A DNA stretch of 32,000 nt, taken from Candidatus Saccharimonadota bacterium. Lineage in GTDB: Bacteria > Patescibacteriota > Saccharimonadia > Saccharimonadales > UBA4665. Positions 1-7,343 of this stretch are shown here, one piece after another (position 1 is the stretch's first letter; each line of letters starts with the position of its first letter). The stretch is taken from NCBI GenBank assembly GCA_963718045.1, contig OY970350.1, forward strand, positions 30,001 through 62,000. The letters are read 5' to 3'. Position numbers and translations under genes: made by a program. Below the pieces are notes generated by a model that saw nothing but the letters and a program-made list of their open reading frames with translations, had not been told where the DNA came from and did not search any database.

Positions 1-1
1 T

Positions 2-232
2 GTCGAGATTAAATCTTTAGCCTCACAACTAGGTGAAAATGATGCCAAAGCGGCTGCTAAGGTAACTGGTGCCGGCAGCATAACCTTAAACTCCAGATTT
101 TTAATTGACGGCATAAACGCCTTTAATGGTGAAAGTATTGTTTTCTCGTTTAATGGCAAGATAGAACCCGTGCTTCTAAAAGATCCAAGATCTAAAGATT
201 ATGTTCATGTCATAATGCCTCTGAAGTCCTAA
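2..232 (+). CDS. dnaN: DNA polymerase III beta sliding clamp, C-terminal fragment (5' end outside window)
   Basis: The frame is open from the window edge (phase starts at nt 2) to TAA 230-232. The translation ...SRFLIDGINAFNGESIVFSFNGKIEPVLLKDPRSKDYVHVIMPLKS looks like the conserved C-terminal end of beta-clamp domain III. recF follows, as in the canonical dnaN-recF arrangement. Confidence 0.88.
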   Translation, partial: VEIKSLASQLGENDAKAAAKVTGAGSITLNSRFLIDGINAFNGESIVFSFNGKIEPVLLKDPRSKDYVHVIMPLKS

Positions 233-249
233 AGTTCCCAAAAACAAAA

Positions 250-1299
250 ATGATCACTAGCCTAAAGGTTCAAAACTTCCGCTCCTATCTGAACAGCTTG
301 TTTAACTTCAGCCCATCAGCCAATATTATTGTTGGGCCAAATACTGCCGGGAAAACTAATATTTTAGAAGCCATACTTTTCTCACGAACCGGCTCGTCTT
401 ACCGGGCTAAAGATTTGGAGCTAATACGCTTTAAAAAGAGCTGGTTAAGGATTGAATGCGAAGATGATGGCAGTAAAAGGATAATTAAGGTCAGGAATGA
501 CCAAAAACCCAACAAAACATATGAGATTAATGGCAAGCAATATAATAGACTGCCCATTAGTTTAAAACTGCCGGTAGTAATATTTGAACCCAACCACTTA
601 CAGCTTCTTAGTGGCTCGCCTGAAAAGAGGCGCAACTACCTTGATTCTTTCCTGGCCCAGCTGGCAAGCGAATACCCTTCTCTTATTAGAAAGTATGCCC
701 GCGCTCTCGCTCAGCGAAACTCCTTACTTAAAAGGCCGGTTGGTATAACAAATTCCCAATTATTCCCCTGGAATATTCGTTTGAGCCAATTGGCCGGGCA
801 GGTAGTCCAGGCAAGAAACAACCTTATTGTTGAGATAAACAAGACCCTGCCGGATATATATATGGGTCTTTCTAAAGATAAGGTTAGACTTTTAATGACA
901 TATAAAACACAGTTTGACCCTAGAATGTACGAGACTTCTTATTTGAAACAGCTGGAGAGTGATTTAGAGGACGACTTAAGAACCGGCTTTACGCTTCACG
1001 GCCCGCATCGTGATGATTTCACTGTTCTATATAATAATCATCCATCCACGAGCTATGCTTCGAGGGGTGAGCTTAGGACTGCTGTTTTGGCCCTAAAAAT
1101 AACTGAACTTAATAAGCTAGATAATATTAAAGGCACTAAACCAGTGATACTGCTAGATGATGTATATAGTGAACTCGATAGTGTTAGGAGAAAGTCGTTA
1201 ACCGGCTATTTGAAAGACAATCAATCCTTTATTACTACGACAGACGCTGACGTGGTCTTAAAAAATCTGGATATTAAAAGTAAAGTTATTGAACTGTAG
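250..1299 (+). CDS. recF: DNA replication/repair protein RecF
   Basis: 349 aa. It has Walker A GPNTAGKTN near the N-terminus, an SMC/ABC-like signature SRGELRT and Walker B VILLDDVYSELD. It lies immediately downstream of dnaN. Confidence 0.9.
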   Translation: MITSLKVQNFRSYLNSLFNFSPSANIIVGPNTAGKTNILEAILFSRTGSSYRAKDLELIRFKKSWLRIECEDDGSKRIIKVRNDQKPNKTYEINGKQYNRLPISLKLPVVIFEPNHLQLLSGSPEKRRNYLDSFLAQLASEYPSLIRKYARALAQRNSLLKRPVGITNSQLFPWNIRLSQLAGQVVQARNNLIVEINKTLPDIYMGLSKDKVRLLMTYKTQFDPRMYETSYLKQLESDLEDDLRTGFTLHGPHRDDFTVLYNNHPSTSYASRGELRTAVLALKITELNKLDNIKGTKPVILLDDVYSELDSVRRKSLTGYLKDNQSFITTTDADVVLKNLDIKSKVIEL

Positions 1300-3268
1300 G
1301 CTGAGACGGCGGAGTACCAGCGGGGTTGATGTCTACTGTTTGTTCTACAGGCGACGCAGGACCAGCAGGTGTTACTGCTGGTCTTTCCCTGTCATAAAGG
1401 GATACTGGCGCTACATTCTGGCTGTTATCAACACCCGGGGTAGTAGTTATGAGGCTTGTTTCTGTCGGGCTGGCAACAACTTGGATATGGACATGGTTTT
1501 GGCCAGCAAAGAATAATCCCTGGCCGACCGGGAACTGGCTTAATCTCTTTTTCTCTTCGCTGGTTAACTTAAAAACATCAGACAGTACATCTACCGCTGA
1601 AGTAGACTGTTTAAGCAGAAACTGCATCGAAGCGTTAGCCACGACTGCCCTGCCCATTCTGGAACCCATAAAGTCTTCAACATCCTGGGTAACGGTCGTA
1701 ACTCCTAAATTATATTTTCTGGCTCTTTTAGCCAGACTATATAAGAAATTGGCTGAGTCCTCATACTTCATTAACTGCCAAGCTTCATCAATAATTAAGA
1801 TCCGGCGTTTTTGGTCTATCTTTGTCTTGTTCCAAATGTAATTTAAGACGATGTACATAGCGACAGGCCTTAGCTCATCTTCAAGATCGCGAATATTAAA
1901 TACTGCCATGGGGTTATTAATGTTTATATTTGACTGCTGGGAGAAAATACCGGAGAAGGTGCCGGTTGTATACTTTCTTAACCTTTGGGCTAACTGCGGA
2001 CCGTTACCGCCCATATGCAGCAGTGTGTCATAAAGGTCATTTATAGTTGGCGGCTGTGAACGGTGAGTCAGCGGGTCATTAGTAATGCCAGCCCTCGCAT
2101 AGGCCTCAATTAGAGCAGCATCCAGGTCCGCCTCTTCACTGGGAGCCAGTACTGGTACGGCTGTTGCCGCACCACCTAACATCTGAGTCTGGGCACCACC
2201 CATCATCAGTCTGAGCAGTCCATGAAGTGTAATAAGGTTACTGCGGAGGGCATTGTCCGCCTCTTCAGTATCGACTACTTCCGGTAGGTCGAAAGGATTA
2301 ATTCTGGTCGCCGAGCTGAGGCTTAACCGGACATAAGCTCCGCCAACGGCATCACACATTTTCTGGTATTCATTTTCCGGGTCAATAATGAATATTTCAG
2401 TACCGAACATCATACTTCTTAAAGCTTCTAGTTTTACAAGGAAAGATTTCCCGGCTCCAGACTTTGCAAATACAACTGAGTTGCCATTTTCCAGAGAGAA
2501 CCTATCAAATATTACCAGGCCTGAATTATGCATATTAATGCCGTATAAAATACCGCTGTCCTGGCTTAAGTCAGCGCTGGTGAATGGGAAACTAGTGCTT
2601 AGTGCTCCAGTGCTCATGTTCCTTCTAATTTGCAGCAGGTCAGTCATTTGGGGGACTGTACTGTTAAAAGCTTGTTCTTGCTGAGAAGTGGCCGGTTTTG
2701 AATAAACAAGCTGTTGGCCAAGTAGTGACTCAACTTTATGGCTAACAAATTCCAGTTCTTCCATGTCGCCGGCGTAAATTGTGAAATAAAAGCCAAAGCG
2801 GAAGAACCTTTCCTCTCCCACCTGCAGTTTATCCCGCATCTCTTCGGCATCTAATATGGCCGCCTGTTTTTCCGGGTCCCTGACCCTGCCCTTGTCGGTG
2901 TCTATTTGAATACCGGCTTCAAGTCTGGTAACTTTCTTTTTTAAATTCTCAAGTACTACCCTGCTTTCTACCGGGTAGATATACAAACTAAGATCCATAA
3001 CTTCATCCAGGTTGACCATCCCAGACAGCCAACCGGTGTATAGATTTCGCGGGTACCCATATACGTAGTAAGTGCGGGCGTATCTTGTACCCAGCAAGAA
3101 GTATGTTGAACTATATTCAAGTGAGCTGGGGGCAATAAAATCCCGAAGTGCGGTGATACCCTTTTGGTAAGCTGTCTCAACCTCATGCTCTTCTTGTTGC
3201 TGATGCTGTTGGGCAATGGTTACCGGATCAACGCTTGAAGTTGCACTTTTATTCTTAAAAATAGCCAT
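1286..3268 (-). CDS. virB4: Type IV secretion system ATPase, VirB4/TrbE/PrgJ family
   Basis: 660 aa. It has Walker A FAKSGAGKSFLV and Walker B RILIIDEAWQLM. Its length and the long N-terminal domain before the P-loop are typical of VirB4-type ATPases. An SD-like AAGGGAG lies upstream of the ATG at 3268. The C-terminal tail is proline-rich. The gene overlaps the recF 3' end by 14 nt (convergent). Confidence 0.88.
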   Translation of the reverse strand: MAIFKNKSATSSVDPVTIAQQHQQQEEHEVETAYQKGITALRDFIAPSSLEYSSTYFLLGTRYARTYYVYGYPRNLYTGWLSGMVNLDEVMDLSLYIYPVESRVVLENLKKKVTRLEAGIQIDTDKGRVRDPEKQAAILDAEEMRDKLQVGEERFFRFGFYFTIYAGDMEELEFVSHKVESLLGQQLVYSKPATSQQEQAFNSTVPQMTDLLQIRRNMSTGALSTSFPFTSADLSQDSGILYGINMHNSGLVIFDRFSLENGNSVVFAKSGAGKSFLVKLEALRSMMFGTEIFIIDPENEYQKMCDAVGGAYVRLSLSSATRINPFDLPEVVDTEEADNALRSNLITLHGLLRLMMGGAQTQMLGGAATAVPVLAPSEEADLDAALIEAYARAGITNDPLTHRSQPPTINDLYDTLLHMGGNGPQLAQRLRKYTTGTFSGIFSQQSNININNPMAVFNIRDLEDELRPVAMYIVLNYIWNKTKIDQKRRILIIDEAWQLMKYEDSANFLYSLAKRARKYNLGVTTVTQDVEDFMGSRMGRAVVANASMQFLLKQSTSAVDVLSDVFKLTSEEKKRLSQFPVGQGLFFAGQNHVHIQVVASPTETSLITTTPGVDNSQNVAPVSLYDRERPAVTPAGPASPVEQTVDINPAGTPPSQPTVQ

Positions 3269-3269
3269 C

Positions 3270-4142
3270 TTACTCTAGCTCCCTTTGCAAGTGGCTTTGA
3301 GGGGCAGTGCCCTCACCCTTAGTTATTACGTCAGCTGAAAGATCGTCAAAGTTTTTAAGCTGCTGGCGAGTAGCAGTATCTGGGTTATATGTGTCGTAGT
3401 AAAGCTCAATTAATTCCTGTGTATCTAGAGGCAGGCCCTGAATATTACATTGGGCTAAGGCTGCTAGGATTGCCTGTACTCTGTTTCTAAGCTCTGTTTT
3501 AGCTTGTTCAAGATCTTCTTCGTTTATAACAACGTGCTGTTCCTTGGTATTGAATAGGCCGACTAAACCAGTTAGAAAATTCTTACTTTCGGTTAGTGCC
3601 TTTTGGATATCTTCATGCGGGAAGAACGGGATGACTACATAGAACTTCTTATCCATAATGTTTGTCTGCTGGCTTAAAGAATCCATATAATTGATGTAAT
3701 CTTCCATTAATAGGGCAAGCAGCATATTGTCGTGTTCAGTCCGAATTTTGTCCAGTCTTTCTATATAAGGCTGTAGATCAACTTTTTGAGTCCTGACAAA
3801 TATTTGAATGGTAAAGTAAAGAGAATTCAAAAATCCCTGGTATGAATATTCAACAGCTTCCTGTTCTTGGGTGCTCATCAGATCAAAGTTAATACTTTTT
3901 ACCATGATGACAGACCTAAAAGAGCCGTCGTTCATTATTACTATGCCGTCTCTTATCTCAGCGATTTGGAGTGTATTTTGAGTGCTATTAGGGTTGGTTT
4001 TAGGTTTTGGCTGGGCAGGAAGCTGCCCCGCTACTGGCTGATAACTAGGTGTGTAGCTAGGCGGTACAGGCGGTAAATTAGCACTACCCGGTAAGCCGGT
4101 TACGGCTGGTGTTGCTTGATTTATATTGTTTGTTGGATCCAT
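3270..4142 (-). CDS. Hypothetical T4SS-associated protein (Pro-rich N-terminal tail; body reminiscent of a VirB4 N-terminal domain)
   Basis: 290-aa ORF packed between the PrgI-like gene and virB4 (1 nt from the virB4 start). An SD-like AGGTGGG lies before the ATG at 4142. The first ~60 aa are P/Q/T-rich and low complexity. The function is inferred only from position and pattern resemblance. Confidence 0.7.
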   Translation of the reverse strand: MDPTNNINQATPAVTGLPGSANLPPVPPSYTPSYQPVAGQLPAQPKPKTNPNSTQNTLQIAEIRDGIVIMNDGSFRSVIMVKSINFDLMSTQEQEAVEYSYQGFLNSLYFTIQIFVRTQKVDLQPYIERLDKIRTEHDNMLLALLMEDYINYMDSLSQQTNIMDKKFYVVIPFFPHEDIQKALTESKNFLTGLVGLFNTKEQHVVINEEDLEQAKTELRNRVQAILAALAQCNIQGLPLDTQELIELYYDTYNPDTATRQQLKNFDDLSADVITKGEGTAPQSHLQRELE

Positions 4143-4159
4143 AGCCCACCTATATCTAA

Positions 4160-5164
4160 TTAATGAGGTATTAAGACTTCAACCATGCCGGTGTTATCTG
4201 GTTTGGCCCTGTCGGCTTCTTTAGAAATAACACTGACGTTTAAGTCGTTTCTTTTCGATAAGTTCATTATAACAGGATCAGGCTGAGGAGCGGCTAGCGG
4301 TGGTTCCGGAGCTATTACGGCAGCTGGTTTACTACGAGTCTTGGCTACTTTGCTTCTTAAAGCGTGCATATTGCTTAAAGGTGCACGGCTTGACTGGTAG
4401 GCATCCTTAAGTTCGGCGTCTATTTCACGTTCAAAAGAAGGTGACACGGCAGCTGTAGGTTGCTTAGGGGTACCTATGACTAGTGGTTCTTTATGCCTTT
4501 TTGCTACTTCAGCCCTAGTTTCATTCAGATTATCTATTAACTCCCGGTGTCTTAAGCTGGTGTCAGCTGACAGCATTCTATTAAACTGCTGGGCAATTGG
4601 ATTAGCTAAATCATTAAATAGGTCTTCTGAGTCGGGGACATCATATTCTGGCACTGCCTGAGGTAAAGTAGCCGGGCTAATTAACCTGTCTGAATCTTCA
4701 TCGTCATTAACAAGTGGCGACTGATAGGCGACATTTACGTTCTTAATAGCCCACCCGCGGCTATCTATAGTAGAAGCCAGAGCCTGAAGTCTTGATTTTA
4801 CTTCATTTTGCGATAGGCCATTAGTTTTTTGCATTTCAATTTTCTTCGGAACTGTTATGGTAACTAGTTCTTTAACACCGCTTTGGGCCCAGATACGGTG
4901 CCTTGGTTTTAAGAAAAACCTTAGTTTAGAAAGAGCCCATAATTCGGTCGGCTGGTCTTTACCAAAAGGATAAGCTAAGAACCCGGCAAACAAAGCTATT
5001 GGCATGGTGACAATGTCTAAAATCCCAGCGTGATGTGCAAAAAGGACATAACTAATATAAAGCATGAATAAGGCTGCCAAGGCATAGACAAATTGTTTGA
5101 AACTTAAAGGACCTAGAAGTTTGTCATCAGCTTCAACATCTTGGATAAGCTTATATGTTGCCAT
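4160..5164 (-). CDS. PrgI/VirB3-like T4SS membrane protein with long C-terminal extension
   Basis: I start it at ATG 5164 (MATYKLIQDVEADDKLLGPLSFKQFVYALAALFMLYISYVL...), not at the ORF-track start of 5419. The N-terminus has the PrgI-family pattern: an acidic stretch, K-L-L-G-P-L-S-F-K-Q-F, then two TM helices. The 85-codon upstream extension overlaps the divergent pilin gene and its promoter. A TATACT box lies 9 nt upstream of the ATG. Confidence 0.72.
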   Translation of the reverse strand: MATYKLIQDVEADDKLLGPLSFKQFVYALAALFMLYISYVLFAHHAGILDIVTMPIALFAGFLAYPFGKDQPTELWALSKLRFFLKPRHRIWAQSGVKELVTITVPKKIEMQKTNGLSQNEVKSRLQALASTIDSRGWAIKNVNVAYQSPLVNDDEDSDRLISPATLPQAVPEYDVPDSEDLFNDLANPIAQQFNRMLSADTSLRHRELIDNLNETRAEVAKRHKEPLVIGTPKQPTAAVSPSFEREIDAELKDAYQSSRAPLSNMHALRSKVAKTRSKPAAVIAPEPPLAAPQPDPVIMNLSKRNDLNVSVISKEADRAKPDNTGMVEVLIPH

Positions 5165-5222
5165 ATAACAATAAGTATAACACCTTGTATGAGAGCAAAT
5201 ATAAGGATATAATTTGATCAAA

Positions 5223-5753
5223 ATGGCAGCCAAAAAACTAAAACATTTTAAAACGCGTAAACTTTTACTCCTACCCTTTTTAGTTATAAGTCTGTTTTTC
5301 GTTATTGGCAGTTTCAGTTTGGCAAAGACAAACTCTCTATTAAACGAAAGTTGTCCCAGGGGAGCTAGCTGCCAGATATCCAATATTCGTTTAGCAAATG
5401 GGTGTGGTGCTGGCAGCACCTATGTGAAGACTAGTATTAATTTTGGTTGTTATGGCAACGGCTGTGGTAGTTCAACTACTGGCTATGCATCGACTAGTTA
5501 CTGTTCCAATCCTCACAATGGTATTGTTGATCTCTTGTTTGCCATCATCAGATTTTTATCCGATGGTGTTGGTCTAGTAGTAATAGTGTCAGTAATTATT
5601 GGCGGGATACAATACATCACATCACGAGGTGACCCTAATGCCACAGGAGCGGCCATAAAGAGACTTACCTCAGCCCTGACTGCATTACTTATCTTTATAT
5701 TTGCTTACGCAATACTTAATTATGTAATACCAGTAGGATTCTTTAAGCAATGA
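5223..5753 (+). CDS. VirB2/TrbC-like T4SS pilin paralog 1 (enlarged Gly/Cys-rich head, 6 Cys)
   Basis: ATG 5223 is preferred over the TTG at 5214. It has a signal-like N-terminus (KLLLLPFLVISLFFVIGSFSLA) and a Cys/Gly-rich segment. This is followed by TM1, the loop GGIQYITSRGDPNATGAAIKR and TM2, the hairpin typical of VirB2/TrbC pilins. Confidence 0.72.
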   Translation: MAAKKLKHFKTRKLLLLPFLVISLFFVIGSFSLAKTNSLLNESCPRGASCQISNIRLANGCGAGSTYVKTSINFGCYGNGCGSSTTGYASTSYCSNPHNGIVDLLFAIIRFLSDGVGLVVIVSVIIGGIQYITSRGDPNATGAAIKRLTSALTALLIFIFAYAILNYVIPVGFFKQ

Positions 5754-6112
5754 ATTTAGGACAAATATTACTCAACCAGCATTTTGCAGCAGCTTGCGTG
5801 CAAAATAAATTTTTAAACTTTCCAACCTGGTATGAATATTTATCCTGCACAGGTTCACCGAAATCCCCGGAGTTAACCAGTCTTTCAGACATCTGGCTTA
5901 TTGTTGCCGCTATAGTAGAAATACTGCTTCGGGTAGCCGCCCTAGCTGCTATTGGCATCATAATTTATGCCGGTATTCAGTACTCAACCAGCCAAGGCAA
6001 ACCGCAGGAAACTTCTAAAGCCCTAAGCACAATAATAAATGCGGCTATTGGTCTTACTGTATGTATTTTGTCGGCCGTAATTGTAACCTTCATTGCCGGG
6101 AGCTTTAAATGA
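5750..6112 (+). CDS. VirB2/TrbC-like T4SS pilin paralog 2
   Basis: 120 aa. Its start overlaps the upstream stop (ATGA). The core is AAIGIIIYAGIQYSTSQGKPQETSKALSTIINAAIGL, flanked by two hydrophobic helices. The N-terminal part carries a Cys pair. Confidence 0.7.
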   Translation: MNLGQILLNQHFAAACVQNKFLNFPTWYEYLSCTGSPKSPELTSLSDIWLIVAAIVEILLRVAALAAIGIIIYAGIQYSTSQGKPQETSKALSTIINAAIGLTVCILSAVIVTFIAGSFK

Positions 6113-6429
6113 TCCCATCAATTTTTCTAAGATTACTTGCATCATCTACAGTTTCTGTTAACTGTCCTGGCGACGGGACCTGTGATACTGGTTTGCCGAA
6201 AGTTACCGCTGATTCAAGTGCGCTCCATACGGCTCTTGAGATATTCTTCGGTATAGCCGCTGTCATATCTGTATTAATGATCGTTATTGGCGGCTTGAGT
6301 TTTGTAACTTCAGGCGGCAAACCGGAAGAAGCTGCAAAAGCCAGAGAGACTATCATCTATGCCGCTATTGGCCTGCTTGTTTCTTTAAGTGCCGAAGCGG
6401 TTGTAGCATTTGTGTTAGGGAAGTTATGA
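6109..6429 (+). CDS. VirB2/TrbC-like T4SS pilin paralog 3
   Basis: 106 aa, with an ATGA start/stop overlap and SD-like GGGAG upstream. The core is VLMIVIGGLSFVTSGGKPEEAAKARETIIYAAIGL. The Cys pair is in NCPGDGTC. Confidence 0.7.
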   Translation: MIPSIFLRLLASSTVSVNCPGDGTCDTGLPKVTADSSALHTALEIFFGIAAVISVLMIVIGGLSFVTSGGKPEEAAKARETIIYAAIGLLVSLSAEAVVAFVLGKL

Positions 6430-6821
6430 AAAAAGTAATATTATCCATCATTTTATTAATGTTAACTACCCTGTCTTTTAGCCAGCCAGCTTTTGCCGTT
6501 AACATTTTCCAAAGCTGTACTAATGGCGTACTAGCCGGTAAGCATACCGATGTCTGTAGTGCTGTAGCAACACAGCAAAAAAATGGTAATCCAGATCCAA
6601 TTCTGGTGGCCCTAAAGACCACTATTGATGTCATATCATACATTATCGGTGTTGCTGCCGTTATTGTTTTAATTATTGCCAGTATTGAGATGATTATTGG
6701 CGGGGGTGATGCTCAAGCTATAGCTACCGCCAGAAACTCAATTATATACGCCCTTGTAGGTATTGTTGTTGCTGTACTAGCCCAGTCAATCGTAGTTTTC
6801 GTATTAAAGAACGTAGCGTAA
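6426..6821 (+). CDS. VirB2/TrbC-like T4SS pilin paralog 4
   Basis: 131 aa, with an ATGA overlap. It has a clear signal peptide MKKVILSIILLMLTTLSFSQPAFA and a Cys pair (SCTNG...DVCS). The core is LIIASIEMIIGGGDAQAIATARNSIIYALVGI. Confidence 0.75.
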   Translation: MKKVILSIILLMLTTLSFSQPAFAVNIFQSCTNGVLAGKHTDVCSAVATQQKNGNPDPILVALKTTIDVISYIIGVAAVIVLIIASIEMIIGGGDAQAIATARNSIIYALVGIVVAVLAQSIVVFVLKNVA

Positions 6822-6822
6822 A

Positions 6823-7260
6823 ATGTTTAAGGTGAAATATTTCAAAATAATTGTGGCTGTAATCACTATTGTGACCATGTTTTCTGCTACCCTTAACTAT
6901 GCCTCTGCCGATTCTTTTGTTGGTGAGGCCTGTAATGGCATAAAAAGCATATCGACTACGGCCAGCTGTACTAAATCCAACGTATTACAAAGCACTGCCC
7001 ATAAAGTGGTCAATATTATGTCCATAGTTGTAGGACTTATTTCAGTAATAATGTTACTGGTAGCTGGTATAAAGTTTGTTACGGCCGGAGGTGATTCGAA
7101 CTCTGTTCAATCAGCCAGGAATACTCTCATATATGCGCTAATAGGTGTATTTATTGCTGTACTTGCTCAGGTGCTTGTTCGCACGGTATTAAATACGGCC
7201 ACTTCAATCCAGAATAATAGTTACCTTAACACATCCTCAGTTATTAAAAATGATGTTTAA
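6823..7260 (+). CDS. VirB2/TrbC-like T4SS pilin paralog 5 (S/T/N-rich C-terminal tail)
   Basis: 145 aa, starting 1 nt after the paralog 4 stop. The signal peptide ends in ...NYASA and the Cys pair is EACNG...ASCTK. The core is KVVNIMSIVVGLISVIMLLVAGIKFVTAGGDSNSVQSARNTLIYALIGV. Confidence 0.75.
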   Translation: MFKVKYFKIIVAVITIVTMFSATLNYASADSFVGEACNGIKSISTTASCTKSNVLQSTAHKVVNIMSIVVGLISVIMLLVAGIKFVTAGGDSNSVQSARNTLIYALIGVFIAVLAQVLVRTVLNTATSIQNNSYLNTSSVIKNDV

Positions 7261-7343
7261 AAACACTATTAATTTATTGTAGAATTATGTACTATTGGAA
7301 ATATGGATAAAAAACCTAAAATAACTAACCTGGGGGGTTAATA

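Noticed and set aside
1286-1299. Convergent gene overlaps (recF/virB4 14 nt; pilin 6/GT-C 4 nt at 7784-7787; HTH-HAD/valS 9 nt at 15351-15359), considered as regulatory antisense features
   Set aside because: They are most simply explained by genome compaction. No associated structures or motifs were seen.
1289-2684. Several plus-strand ORFs (1289-1516, 1449-1841, 1851-2033, 2388-2684) opposite virB4, and minus-strand frame-shifted ORFs 2644-2850 and 2968-3216
   Set aside because: They all overlap the 660-aa VirB4 frame, which carries Walker A and B motifs. They are shadow ORFs.
7288-7341. Mini-ORFs in the gap before pilin 6 (MYYWKYG at 7288-7311; MDKKPKITNLGG at 7303-7341), and the G6 run at 7333-7338 as a possible phase-variation tract
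   Set aside because: The mini-ORFs have no SD and nothing to support their expression. The G6 run is too short for convincing slipped-strand switching and is best read as the SD of pilin 6.
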